DNA from: Octopus sinensis
Taxonomy: Eukaryota
DNA: 64,000 bases
Direction: 5' to 3'
Assembly (NCBI RefSeq): GCF_006345805.1
Contig: NC_043008.1
Span: 12,586,001-12,650,000, forward strand
A program made the position numbers and the translations under genes. The notes beneath the pieces are model-generated. The model made no database searches. It was not told where the DNA came from and saw only the letters and a list, made by a program, of their open reading frames with translations. Shown here in pieces: positions 1 to 13,190 of this stretch. Each line of letters begins with the position of its first letter. Positions within the stretch are counted from its first letter, which is position 1.

Positions 1-167
1 GCAAAGTGAGCTTCTTAACCACACAACCCTTATATCAGTTTTGACAATATATCTGATGTTGGTGACAAATGCTACATTCATCATAGACTGTTATAACAAT
101 GATCATAAAACTCATATCTTTTTTATCACTGCTTTAGACGCAGTTACAGACTACAATACAACTTATA

Positions 168-690
168 GGTGTAGGAGTGGTTGTGTGGTAAGTAGCTTGC
201 TTACCAACCACATGGTTCCGGGTTCAGTCCTACTGCGTGGTACCTTGGTCAAGTGTCTTCTACTATAGCCTCGGGCCAACCAATGCCTTGCGAATGGATT
301 TAATTGATGGAAACTGAAAGAATCACGTAGCATATATGTATATGTATGTATGTATATATATATATATATATATATACATATATATAAGTATGTATGTATT
401 CCAACCCATGCTAGCATGGAAAACGGACGCTAAACGATGATGATGATGATGATGATGATGATGTATGTGTGTATATGTTTGTGTGTCTGCGTTTGTACCC
501 CCAACATTGCTTGACAAACGATGCTGGTGTGTTTACGTCCCCATACATTAGCAGTTCAGCCAAAGAGACCGATCGAATAAGTACTAGGCTTACAAAGAAT
601 AAGTCCTGGGGTCGATTTGCTCGACTAAAGGCGGTGCTCCAGCATGGCCACAGTCGAATGACTGAAACGAGTAAAAGAGTAAAAAAAAGT
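168..690 (+). mobile_element. tRNA-derived SINE, family A (CORE-like, possibly octopus OR2-type)
   Basis: Head GGAGTGGTTGTGTGGTAAG..GGTTCAGTCC (A/B boxes), central CTTGGTCAAGTGTCTTCT..GGAAACTGAAAGAA, microsatellite spacer, tail ending (AGTAAA)n. More than 15 similar copies occur in the window. A family D tail fragment is embedded at ~398-460. Confidence 0.85.
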
Positions 691-1489
691 GAGAGTTATA
701 AAGTCTGGTACATCCCCTGTTCTCCATTTCTTTTTGCTTTTCCCCTATCCTTTGTCTTTCTATGCGTACAATTTCTGTTTCCAGATGATATAAATATGAA
801 GAAAAATGAACGTTTTTTACATTACCTTTTTGTATTGTAATCATATCTTCAGGTGTAACTTAGAAACACACACAGACACACACATACAGACGACAATATT
901 CGATTAGCTCCTTCCTCGGGGGATCAAGTTACAGATCTGTTTTGTCTTAAAGCTATGATCTAATCACTGTTAGTCTACGCCTCTGTTCAGCATGTTTATT
1001 TCAAATGGCCAAAATATTTCCGCCAAGAGATGCAAATCATCATTATCCTTGTCACATTATTGAAGAATTCAGACTTCTGCTTCACGTTTTTTTGCAATAT
1101 CCCTAGCAATAACATCTGTTAATTCTTCACAGGCCACCCATACGCTGTAATTAATCTAACAACATTAATCTTTTTTTTTTCCTGTCAAAACACGAAGAAC
1201 ACATTATGTCTCACACCACCAATAATGCATCAATTTTCTTATATAATTTCCATGAAATTCAATAAGAGAATTACAAGGAAGAAGTTGTATTCTAACTGTT
1301 AGAGTTGTCATTGTATATAACAAGTCTGCAACAGTACATACACACTTCAGCATCTGACCTGAGTGCTCGTGGAAGCTACAATGTTTTCTGATATAGAGAA
1401 TGTATATATATTTACGATGTATACATGAATGTTTGTAATATTATATCATGATTAGTTCAAAACACATCTTAGCAATACAGTTCTATATT

Positions 1490-1678
1490 TAAAAGATGAG
1501 GAATTATTTAGATTATTTACATTATTTACATTTGACGGATATTTGTCCTCATCTTCTTTGTTGTTAACACAACGTTTCGACTGATATACCCTACAGCCTT
1601 CATCAGGTGTCCTGGGGAAATTTCGAACCTGGGTTCTCATTCCTAAGGTATTTTTCAATGTTGTTGTCTTTATTATTA

Positions 1679-1725
<47 letters not shown>

Positions 1726-1806
1726 TATTATTATTATTCAGGTCACTGCCTGGTATTGAACTTGGAATCTTGGGATTAGTAGCCCACACTCTTAACCACT
1801 ACGGCA
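1490..1806 (-). mobile_element. tRNA-headed SINE with (AAT)n spacer and hammerhead-bearing tail (family H1)
   Basis: Reverse complement reads CGTAGTGGTTAAGAG..GTTCAATACC, then (AAT)n, then GAAAAATACCTTAGGAATGAGAACC..hammerhead..GTCAAATGTAAATAATG. Same layout as 54903-55150. Confidence 0.8.
1566..1611 (-). ncRNA. Minimal type I hammerhead ribozyme motif
   Basis: GACAC-CTGATGA-A-GGCTG(TAGGGTATAT)CAGTC-GAAA-CGTT-GTGTT: conserved core, 5-bp stem II with one GU pair, stem I GACAC/GTGTT, palindromic ACGT stem III. Confidence 0.7.
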
Positions 1807-1821
1807 TATGCCCATGCACAT

Positions 1822-1869
1822 ATAGCTACTAACCCCAAGATTTTGAGTACGATTCCAGGCAGTGGAATC

Positions 1870-1914
<45 letters not shown>

Positions 1915-2060
1915 GTAATAATAATAACATCGAAAAATACTTTAGGAATGAGAACCCAGGTTTAAAATTTCCCCAAGACACCTGATGAAGCTGAAACCTT
2001 GTGTTGCTAACAAACAAGATGAGGACAAATATCTGTCAAATGTAAATAATGTAGATAATG
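1822..2060 (+). mobile_element. Family H1 SINE, 5'-truncated head, hammerhead stem II deleted
   Basis: GCTACTAACCCCAAG..CGATTCCAGGCAGTG-(AAT)n-..GACACCTGATGAAGCTGAAACCTTGTGTT; inverted partner of 1490-1806. Confidence 0.8.
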
Positions 2061-2759
2061 TAAGACTTAGCAAGTTTAGAAAATGTACATATATTTTGGT
2101 CTATGATAGTTTACCCTATAGAAACAAAAGCATAGAAGATGATAAAAATGAAAATTTAATGTCAGTTGTTGAGTGAAAATTGTACTTGAGAGTGAGGACT
2201 GCAACTTGCCTTTCAACTGTTTAAATGTTAGATTTTATACAGAGTTTTCGACCTAATGTCAAGAATTTTTGGAATAGAGAAGATGCACATGTGAGTTAAA
2301 TTAACGTATGCAGTAACTACAACAAGCAGAGAAGTATATGGAATTCATTTCCCTTCTCGTAGTGTCATATAGTAAACAGCAATTTTGAGATTGTGTTGCT
2401 ATGCTGAAAGTAAGTCACTGAATGCTTAAGGCAAAAAGTGTCATCTTGGCACATTGCTTCCAGAGTAATTGAGCATAAAGATATTTCTTTGCTTCAATTA
2501 AAACCTAATTTTCTTTTTCTGGTGGAATATCAAATGCCAAATTATTTTTTAAACAATAAATGGAACTCGTATTTAACGTTCAATTAGTATACTAACAAAA
2601 ATAAAGCATTAACTTTCAAATTACGTGTACATGTTTAAAATTTCACATATCTCTTGAATTGTCCTTATTATTATTACTATTTATTATTGTTGTACATACA
2701 TACATACATACATACATACATACATACATACATACATAATAATAATAATGATAATGCCA

Positions 2760-3045
2760 TAGGCAGCACCACCCTGAGTGGCCCCCGTGCTGTTGGCACG
2801 TAAAAAGCACCATCCGATCGTGGCTGTTTGCCAGCCTCGCCTGGCACCTGTGCCGGTGGCACGTAAAAAGCACCCACTACACTCACGGAGTGGTTGGTGT
2901 TTGGAAGAGCATCCAGCTGTAGAAAGACTGCCAGATCAGACTGGGCCTGGTGCAGCCTCCTGGCTTCCCAGACCCCAGTTGAACTGTCCAACCCTTGCTA
3001 GCATGGAAAGCGGAGTTAAACTATGATGATGATGATGGTGATGAT
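2760..3045 (+). mobile_element. SINE family D with (GAT)n tail
   Basis: GGCACGTAAAAAGCACC repeats, GGAGTGGTTGGTGTTTGGAAGAGCATCCAGCTGTAG, ending CCAACCCTTGCTAGCATGGAAAGCGG..(GAT)n; several other copies in window. Confidence 0.8.
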
Positions 3046-3925
3046 GTCTGTCTCAGCTTCGTTCTGTTGATCTAACGGTAACCCACATTACACAAGGCTA
3101 ATTTTTAGAATTTCTGTTCATAAATACAATTTTCCTTTCTTCCATTGACCTAGTTGTCTATGCTTCAGTGACTTGTATAGCTCGAAAAATTTTATCAAAG
3201 AAATGATAGATTCTTTATAATTTAGTTTCCATATCAAGAACTAATACGATGCCTGTCTCAAGAGGGTATCTGGAACTTTAGTAGTGTGTGTCATTGGTTG
3301 TCTGTAGCATCTGATTAAAAGCTGTTTTCTAACTTTCTAGATAGTCTTGTAACATGTGGTTTGTAAGATTTGTATCAAATGTACCAAAGGAAACTCTAGT
3401 ACTCGAAGATGACTGACAGAGCAATAAATTCACTTTCACCCCTGAATACACCATACAAAATTCTAAGTTTTATTGATTCTGCTTTTTGTTACATGAAAAA
3501 AAAAATCAACAAAAAAAAAAAATAAATAAAATCGAATTTGCTTCATGTCATTGCTTTTTGTTTGCTGCTGATTGTTGTTGATATTGTTGTTATTGTTGCT
3601 GTTGTTGTTGTTGTTCAGAGTTCTTGCTTAGCAATATTTTCACATTAAAATTCTTTTTTTTTTTATTATTTCATTTTTCTGTTTTTTTTTTTTTTTTCCT
3701 GTTCTCACTTTTGCAAAGATAAGAAAGATAAGAAAATCAATAAAGGAATTTTTTTTTTTCATAATTTTTTTTTCCCCCAGAAATAAAAATAAATTGAATT
3801 GTCTATTAGTTGATTTCTCACACATGTGAATGACTGCATGTAGATTTCTATGTGTATCATACTTATACCCTTATACTTTATATATATATAATATAGATAT
3901 GTATATATGTATATATACATGTATG

Positions 3926-3959
<34 letters not shown>

Positions 3960-4721
3960 ATATATATATAATATATATATTATATATATATATATACATA
4001 TATATATATAATATATAATATATATATATACACAATATATGCATCACACACACACACTTTTTTATTTAACTTATTTTTGCACACTCTCTCTCACACACAC
4101 ATACACACACACACACACACACCTTTTTTTTATATATATTTCACTTGTTTTTTTGCAGTACAGAATATTTTTTCCATAGCTTTTGATGCAATATTTTTCA
4201 ATTTATTTTCTTTTATCATTTAAAAGCTTATATCCAGTAAGTGCTTTTGATGAACAACAAGAAAAAAAAACAAAAAAAAACTATAAAAAAAAAACTCCAG
4301 TACCTAGCTTAACTCATAAATACATCCAGATATATTCTCTTAAGAACTTTGAATATAAATAGTGTCTAAATGTTTCCCAGTAATATAACAATCTAGATCT
4401 ACTAAACATCATAGCTGTCATATGAATTCTTTTTGAGAAAGTTTGAATAATTTATGATTTCTCACTGATGGAAATTTACATATTTTAATGGTGATGCTAG
4501 CTACTAGCTCTATGGATTTTTACGGAATAAGAGGGCTTGCTGTGTTTTCTAAAATAGCAGTTTATTTAAAATACAAACATTTTGTTCATTTATTGAATGG
4601 TATTAACAATTGAGATGCAAGCTACCTATTGTGGTCTTTATAAAGAATTTGGAATATTTCAAAGGTAAAAGACACAATAATGTGTTTGTATTGCACAGAA
4701 TAGGTTGATAACAACCCACTT

Positions 4722-4949
4722 TTAACCCTTTCATTACCAACCCGGCTGAAACCGGCTCTGGCGCTGAGTATAAATGTGTTGTTTTCAAAAGTTTTGAACT
4801 AAAAACTTCCACCAAACCTTAGTCACAATTTATGTTCTTAACACTAGCTGAATGATAACTAAGTTATTTTACTAAATTCTTTGTTATATTTAAAGTAATT
4901 GAAAGAAGCACAGAGCATCTCAAAATAAATACAGTAACAAAAGGGTTAA
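4722..4949. mobile_element. piggyBac-like MITE, family P1
   Basis: TTAA|CCCTTT...AAAGGG|TTAA termini; second, decayed copy at 12964-13190. Confidence 0.7.
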
Positions 4950-4989
4950 ATTATATTGCACTCCTGCTGTTTATGGGGCATTCATATTT

Positions 4990-5320
4990 AGGAAGGAGCA
5001 CTCCATTGGTTACAATGATGAGGACCCAAGCTGATATGATCAATGAAACAGCTTGCTCATGAAATTAACGTACAAGTGGCTGAGCACTCCACAGACACGT
5101 GTACCCTTAATGTAGTTCTCAGAGAGATTCAGCGTGACATAGAGTGTGAAAATACTGGCCCTAGGAAATACAGGTAAAACTCATTTTTGCCAGCTGAGTG
5201 GACTGGAGCAAAATGAAATAAAGTGTCTTGCTCAAGGACACAATTAGTCGCTAGGAATTGAACTCATGACCTTATGATCATGAGCAGAATGCTCTAACCA
5301 CTAAGCCACGTGTCTTCATG
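4990..5320 (-). mobile_element. Adjacent fragments of SINE families C and F
   Basis: Matches the 3' part of the 21043-21428 element, followed by a fragment resembling the 55547-56056 element with a tRNA-like head. Confidence 0.65.
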
Positions 5321-5355
5321 TTCATATTGACTGGGCTAGTGAAAGTTAAGTGTCC

Positions 5356-5410
<55 letters not shown>

Positions 5411-5413
<3 letters not shown>

Positions 5414-5625
5414 CGGGAAGCTTTATGAAAATAAACAAAAGACGAAGGCAGGTGGAAGACAAACGAACAATTGTATTAGTATGGCGCTCAGGAAATATAA
5501 ATAAAACAAGTCTTTAACGTTTCGAGCCTACGCTCTTCAACAGAAAGATACACAGAGAGAGAAAAACACAGAAAGAAGGAGAGAAAAAAAAAATGCGTGC
5601 AGTAGCTAACGAATCAACATGGCGA
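5411..5625 (-). mobile_element. Short interspersed element, family H2, inserted in (TA)n and carrying a hammerhead-like motif
   Basis: Near-identical partial copy at 6208-6303 and diverged relative at 57815-57960; all are adjacent to (TA)n tracts. Confidence 0.7.
5511..5548 (-). ncRNA. Minimal type I hammerhead-like motif with A6U core variant
   Basis: TCTTT-CTGTTGA-A-GAGC(GTAG)GCTC-GAAA-CGTT-AAAGA: perfect stem I (5 bp) and stem II (4 bp plus tetraloop), ACGT stem III; core reads CUGUUGA instead of CUGANGA. Confidence 0.55.
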
Positions 5626-5649
5626 TATATATATATGTATGTATGTATG

Positions 5650-5704
<55 letters not shown>

Positions 5705-5706
5705 AT

Positions 5707-5746
<40 letters not shown>

Positions 5747-5843
5747 GTATATATTTTGTTTAAACACAAACATGAACACACAAGCACATAGATATGCAGA
5801 ATACATACATACATACAAATATGCACACAGCATACATACATAC

Positions 5844-5891
<48 letters not shown>

Positions 5892-5974
5892 TATACACAC
5901 ACATACTAATGCACTCGCATGTGCACAAACAAACAAACAAAAAAGGAAAAGAATGCAGTTCCAATAACAGACAG

Positions 5975-6110
5975 AGTCAAACGGCTATTGGAAAGGTTGC
6001 AAGATACAGCAAAAATTTTAGTAAAAATAAATAAGTTAATGAGTGGAAATCAGACCAGTGAGTGTGTTAAATTAATAAGGCACCAAAAGAAAATGACTTT
6101 CCCCCAGACA
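5975..6110 (+). repeat. Unclassified interspersed repeat, family G
   Basis: Similar sequence at 17095-17530 (+) and 6945-7110 (-). Confidence 0.7.
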
Positions 6111-6129
6111 CAATACATACATACATACA

Positions 6130-6209
<80 letters not shown>

Positions 6210-6412
6210 CGGGAAGCTTTATGAAAATAAACAAAAGACCAAGGCAGGTGGAAAACAAACGAACATTGTATTAGTATGGCGCTCAGGAAATATAAATAAA
6301 ACATAAATATGAGGGTAATAAATTATAATAATTTATTACCAGTAATTAATATGCATAAATAAAATAAAAGCCATAAGACATAACATTTTTAAAGATATAA
6401 AAGTGCATAGAA

Positions 6413-6592
6413 TATTTCTATGCACAAAGAGGAGGCCTTTGACAGGATTCCTTATATGCAAATGCATTTTTGTTCATTCTAGTTATAATCAGTCTGCGTT
6501 ATGAATTCTTTTTATCATAGTCTAGGTTTTAACTGACCTTTTTAGCATGTAAAGAGTCCTGTGAAAGGTCTCCTTTTTCTGTATAGAAAAAT
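6413..6592. repeat. Foldback inverted repeat (~47-bp arms), MITE-like
   Basis: TTTCTATGCACAAAGAGGAGGCCTTTGACAGGATTCCTTATATGC pairs with GCATGTAAAGAGTCCTGTGAAAGGTCTCCTTTTTCTGTATAGAAA. Confidence 0.65.
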
Positions 6593-6602
6593 TCTATACA
6601 CT

Positions 6603-6635
<33 letters not shown>

Positions 6636-6644
6636 CAATACTGT

Positions 6645-6786
6645 TATTAAAGTCAAAAACAAAATCTTCACAAACTGTTACTCGGAGTTCCACGTTGCTG
6701 AGTGTTGGACACTTATGGTCACAACTGTCCAACAATCAGCAATAAACTCTGAGTAACAGATTGTGAAGATCTTTGCAGCTTTAATA
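6645..6786. repeat. Foldback hairpin (~62-bp arms, short loop), MITE-like
   Basis: TATTAAAG..ATCTTCACAAACTGTTACTCGGAG..TTGCTGAGTGTTGGACA pairs with TGTCCAACAATCAGCAA..CTCTGAGTAACAGATTGTGAAGAT..CTTTAATA. Confidence 0.7.
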
Positions 6787-8385
6787 GTAAAGCATATTAC
6801 TCTACCTTCATATTTGAGTACTATCGTTTTCCACTTGTTTTGCATTTATCCACTTACTCATGTATATATATATATATATATTATATATATATAATATAAT
6901 ATATACATACATATATATATATTAATTCAATTAGGAATAGAGTTTTGTACCATATCTTGTTTCAGTATTTGGTTTGTAAGGTTCTTGATATGAACTCATG
7001 CTGATTCATAATTTGTTGTACTGTGGGAGGGTCATTATGCCAATAGTAAACACATGCACTGGTTCTATTTCACTTCTTAAATTTTTGCGCCCAGGCTACT
7101 CGCCTGCTGAAATGTTCCTGTCAAGCAATCCAATCTGTGCCACCATGGAGAACAAATGTTAAATGATGAGGATGATAATGATGATGAATTGTTTAAATTT
7201 GTAACCAATTAATTAATCACAGGTTTCATTAAGTATTCAGTCAGTCAATCTATCAGCTAAGTCTGTTGAAGTCCTTTCATCACCATTCATGTCCTCATCA
7301 ATGACGTACCCTCTTTACCCCATCACTTCTTCATATCCGTATTACATCTGTGAAAGTTTGTCATTACACATGTGTGTGGTTGCGTGTGTGTGTGTGTGTG
7401 TACTTATGTGAAATAAAGAGCAAATCTAACATTTCCCATTCCTATTAGGAAAATGGCATCGTCATCATCATCATCATCATCATTATCATCATCACGACCA
7501 CCACCATCACCACCATCATCATCATTGCCATCGGTGGCATCATCATTATTATTGTTGTCATCATCAAAAGCGTAAAAGAGTAATATATATATATATGCAC
7601 ACACACACACAATGGGTAATTCTACGTTTCCATCTACCAAATCCACTCACCAGGGTTTCATCAACATGGCAGCATAGCTGAAGACACTAGCCCTGAGGTG
7701 CCCCACAGTGGGGGCTGAACCTGAAAACCATAAGGTTGAGAAACAACCTTCTTACCTCACAGCCATGCCTGCGCCTATCATATAAAAACTTAAAAACCAT
7801 TACAGTCTTACAGCAAAATATTTTATTTTTACTCAATTTTTTTTGCCCCCCCCCCCCCCGTTATTTCAGAAACTAAAAAGAAACAAAAATTTTTAGAATT
7901 AATGTGGTCCTGATAATATCTAATTTTTTTTGTTTCACTTTTAGATTCCAATCTATAAATCCATGGTTCTGATTTGATTATTGGTTACCGTTTTGATTTA
8001 GATACCATTGTTATTGTCTCTGTTCAAAACAACATCGGTGCCATCAATAATGACAGCGGAATAATGGTGAAAACTTTAACATTGTCTATAACGGTAGCAT
8101 TGACGATAACAAGACTAATGGCAACGTGATAGTGAACTCAATGACAGCAAAAATAATTACTGCAACACAAAACATGACAAGCCAATATTAAACAGAATTG
8201 ATAAATTCACTGGAAATAAAAACTGTTACTATTACAACAAAAGCTAATAAAAAATGTGATAAAAGCAATCTTGTTATTCAAGTACATTAGCTGTAAAAAC
8301 ATTAGAGATAAAAATAACATTGTTTAACCATGTTTTCAGCTAGTCATACCGTCTCTTGTATATATATATGTATATATGTATGTGC

Positions 8386-8430
<45 letters not shown>

Positions 8431-8859
8431 GCATTATCTATCTATCTATCTATCTGTTTATACAGATATATACATACAAATATAATATATATATATAGAT
8501 ATATATATATACATATACATGTAATATATATATTCATATATATATACATATATATATACATATATATACATACATATATATATCATATATATATATATTA
8601 TATATTATTATATATATATATATATTATATATATATTATATATGATATATTATATATATATGTTAGATATATATATGTATAAATATATACATATATATTT
8701 ATATGTATGTATATATGTACATATATACGTATGTATATATAGATATATATATATTATATATACATATGTATATATATATATATATATATACATACGTATA
8801 TATGTACATATATACATACATATATATATATACATATATATAGACATATATATATATAT

Positions 8860-8917
<58 letters not shown>

Positions 8918-9349
8918 GGAGACATGTTTATATATACATACGAATATATATATATATAAATATATATACTTATTTATATATACTTATATTACACATGCTC
9001 ATGTGCACACACACCACACATAAACACACACATATTGCTTGGAGTAACTCTAACTTCAAAGCATATACGAAAACCAAGCCAAAATTCAATTATGGGAGAT
9101 ACCATTATGCAGGAACCTTGTCCAAGACCAGCAACTAATGCAAAATTTGGAAATTAAAGTCACCTCAGATTATAGGTGCCAGTCGAGTACATTAGACCAC
9201 CTGCCTTCTCTATCAGAGCTGCATAGCTTCATCAGTTCTTCAAAAATGTTGTAATTTGATTACTATAGCAACCATGACAATTACCATCAACTCCAACCCC
9301 TATTATTGTTGCCGTTAACTAAAAGATGGAAATCCCCTAAGTGAAAATA

Positions 9350-9630
<281 letters not shown>

Positions 9631-9815
9631 AAAAAAAACACAAAACACATATAACATACAGAAAATTGCACTACTAGGCACTGCACACATCCTACGCAGA
9701 ACACTTTCCATACAATAACCATCAGAGCATCACAACAAATCACAGCACATACCTAAGGCACACAGAGCTGCGCTCGGTAGTGAAGTGAAAGCATGCTATA
9801 AAAAATATACTACTG
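9631..9815 (+). mobile_element. 5'-truncated R4/Dong-like (RLE) non-LTR retrotransposon 3' end
   Basis: Encodes ..NIQKIALLGTAHILRRTL* (stop 9716-9718), matching the typical RLE-LINE C-terminal QKxxLLGTAxILRxxL motif; flanked by (AAT)n on both sides. Confidence 0.7.
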
Positions 9816-9834
9816 AATAATAATAATAATAATA

Positions 9835-10400
9835 GGTGCAGGTGTGGCTGTGTGGTAAGTAGCTTGCTTACCAGCCACAGGGTTCCGGGTTCATTCCCAC
9901 TATGTGGCATCTTGGGTAAGTGTCTTCTACTATAGCCTTGGGCCGACCAAAGCCTTGTGAGTGAATTTGGTAGACGGAAACTGAAAGAAGCCCATTGTAT
10001 ATATGTATATATAAAATGTCATTTGACTGTGGCCATGCTGGAGCACCACCTTTAGTCGAGCCAATCGACCCCAGGACTTATTCTTTGTAAGTCTAGTACT
10101 TATTCTATCGTTTTTTTTTTTGCTGAACTGCTAAGTTTCAGGGACATAAACACACCAGCATCGGTTGTCAAGCGAAGTTTTTTTGGTGGGGAGGACAAAC
10201 TCAGACACTCAAACATATACACACACATACATATATATATATATACATATATATGACAGGCTTCTTTCAGTTTCTGTCTACCAAATCCACTCACAAGGCT
10301 TTGGTCGGCCTGAGGCTATAGTAGAAGACACTTGCCCAAGGTGCCACGCAGTGGGACTGAATCCGGAACCATGTGGTTGGTAAGCAAGCTACTTACCACA
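9835..10400. mobile_element. Two family A SINEs in opposite orientation
   Basis: Plus-strand 5' half at 9835-10000 and minus-strand full copy at 10016-10400. Confidence 0.85.
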
Positions 10401-10923
10401 CAGCCACTCCTACGCCTACATTGTTGGTTGTTTTATAAAAAAAAATTTCGATAATCTTTTGCTTTAAGAATGTATAACTGCAGGATTGTAAAAAATGCAA
10501 AACAATCCAGGAATGCAAAAAAATAGATTTTATCTCTTAATTGAAATTAATAAATAAATGCTTAAATATCAATTATTAAACATCGTTATTATAGGATATG
10601 TTTTTTTTATTTCTAAAGAGCAAAATGTTGTTATTTTATAATGGTTGTATGAAAGAAACTATGACAGTTGTAATTAAAATTACAGGTGAAGGTGTGTAAG
10701 CGTAGTAAGAAGCTTGTTTTATTACCAAATGGTTCTTGGTTCAGTCCCATTGTGTGGCACCTTGGGCAAGTGTCTTTTATAATAGCCTCAGGCTGACCAG
10801 AGCCTTGTGAGGGGATTTTGGAGGCAGAAACTGAAAGAAGCTCGTCGTATGTACATACATACATGTATACATGTGTGTGTGTGTGTGTGTGTGTATGTAT
10901 TTATGTATATATATGTGTGTGTG

Positions 10924-10977
<54 letters not shown>

Positions 10978-11176
10978 ATATATATATATATATGTATCAT
11001 CATCATCATCATCATCGTCGTTTAACGTCCGTTTTCCGCGCTAGAACGGGTTGGATGGGTCGACCGGGGTCTAAGAAGCCAGGGGCTGCTCCAGGCTCCA
11101 GTCTGATCTGGCAGAGTTTTTACAGCTTGATGCCCTTCCTAACGCCAACCACTCCGCGAGTGTAGTGGGTCCTTTG

Positions 11177-11261
<85 letters not shown>

Positions 11262-12284
11262 CACAACACGGTTGTGTTGTAGGAAGCATTCTTCCCAACC
11301 ATATAGTTCCAGATTCAGTCCCACCTAGGGCAATATCTTCTACTATAGTCTTGGGCCATCCAACGCCTTGTGAATGGATTTTGATAGACGGAAACTGAAA
11401 GAAGCCCGTCATATCTATATGTATATATTTATGAGAGTATGATTAACAGGCTTTAAAAAAAGAAAGAAAAAAGTACTAGGGTTGATTGATTCAACTAGAA
11501 ATATTCTTCCGGGTGGCCCCAGCATGGCCCTAGTCACATGACTGAAACAAGGAAAAGATGCAAAAAAAAAACCCCCAAAAGATCTATTCATGTAAAAATA
11601 ATTGCGAATTGGCAATTCATTTCAAATTTCTCTTTCATTAACTTACATGCACACACATATCATACATACATAGATACATACCATATCATGCAGATATACA
11701 CACACATACAGACATACACCCACACATGCATACCATACATACATACTGTATCATACATACAAACACACATACATATGTACATACATACATGCACCAACAT
11801 ATACATACATACAGTATCATACATACACACATACATGTATACATAAACATACACTTCAATATGTATGATGTTATATAGAGAAACTTATGCTCTGCCTTTT
11901 TTTTTATATGAACTTACATTCTCTCAGAGGGAATGCCATGGATAGATCAGCCAATTCTTTTATAAATATGTCCTTACCCTAGAGTCAGTATAGAAATACA
12001 GACACTTACGCAAGGTTTAAAGTAATTTGACATTTGGTTTGAATATCTGATAAACGTCGTAATTCTTGTAGGAAGCTTTCTCCGATACAAACATTGTTTG
12101 TTGTTGTTATATTCACAAATGTTTATTTTCATCTGTATTATAAACTATTATCTGGTTTTCCTATTCATGCAGCCAAAAATCAATAATCAATCAGCCGAAT
12201 AATATAAAACACTTGTGATGTTATGATTATAGTTTATTGTGATACACTTATCTACCAGTTCTGTTTTGTCCTATAGAAACATCA

Positions 12285-12770
12285 TCATCATCGTCATTAT
12301 CATCATCGTCGTCGTTTAACGTCCGCTTTCCATGCTAGCATGGGTTGGACGAATGACTGAGGTCTGGTGAACCAGGTGGCTGAACCAGACTTCAATCTTG
12401 ATCTGGCAGAGTTTCTACAGCTGGATGCCCTTCCTAACGCCAACCACTACGAGAGTGTAGTGGGTGCTTTTACGTGCCACTGGCACGGGGGCCAGTCAGG
12501 CGGTACTGGCAACTACCTCACTCGAATCTTTTACACATGCCACCGGCACAGGTGCTAGTAAGGCGATGCTGGTAATGATAACGCTCGAATGGTGTCTTTT
12601 ACGTGCCACCGGCAAGGAGGCCAGATAGCCGCTCTGGCAATGATCACGCTTGGATGGTGCGCTTTAAGGTGGCGCAGGTAATGATCACACTCGAATGGTG
12701 CCTTTTAAGTGCCACTAGCAAAGAAGTCGGTTAGCCACTCTGTCAGTGGTCACACTCGAGTGGTGCTCCT
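12285..12770 (-). mobile_element. SINE family D with internal tandem subrepeats
   Basis: (CAT)n tail on the left; several imperfect copies of GAATGGTG..TTTTACGTGCCACCGGCAC. Confidence 0.8.
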
Positions 12771-12963
12771 GTGAAAATAAGTGAAACTGTAGATGCCAAA
12801 GAAAACCAATGATTATCTACATCAGACAACATTAAATAAAGTTCATAAAGTTGACTAGATTATTTTGCTTTAAGGTAAAGAAAATACCTGCAATTTCAGA
12901 GTGGACTCTTTATTGCAGAGCGATCATTTTCTCTGATATGACTCTGAATAGCACAAGTTATAT

Positions 12964-13190
12964 ATAACCCTTTCGATACCAATCTGGTTGAAGCTGTCTC
13001 TGACTCTGTAGAGCAAATGTCTTGTTTCCAAAAGTTCTGAATTAAAACCTTCCACCAAGCCTTAGTCATAATTTATGTTCCAAATACTAGCTTAATGATA
13101 ACTAAGTTATTTTACTAAATTCTTTGTTATATTCAAAATTAGTTGAAAGAAACACAGAGCATCTCAACAGAAATATGATAACAAAATGGT
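12964..13190. mobile_element. piggyBac-like MITE, family P1, decayed
   Basis: Colinear with 4722-4949; termini mutated. Confidence 0.65.
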
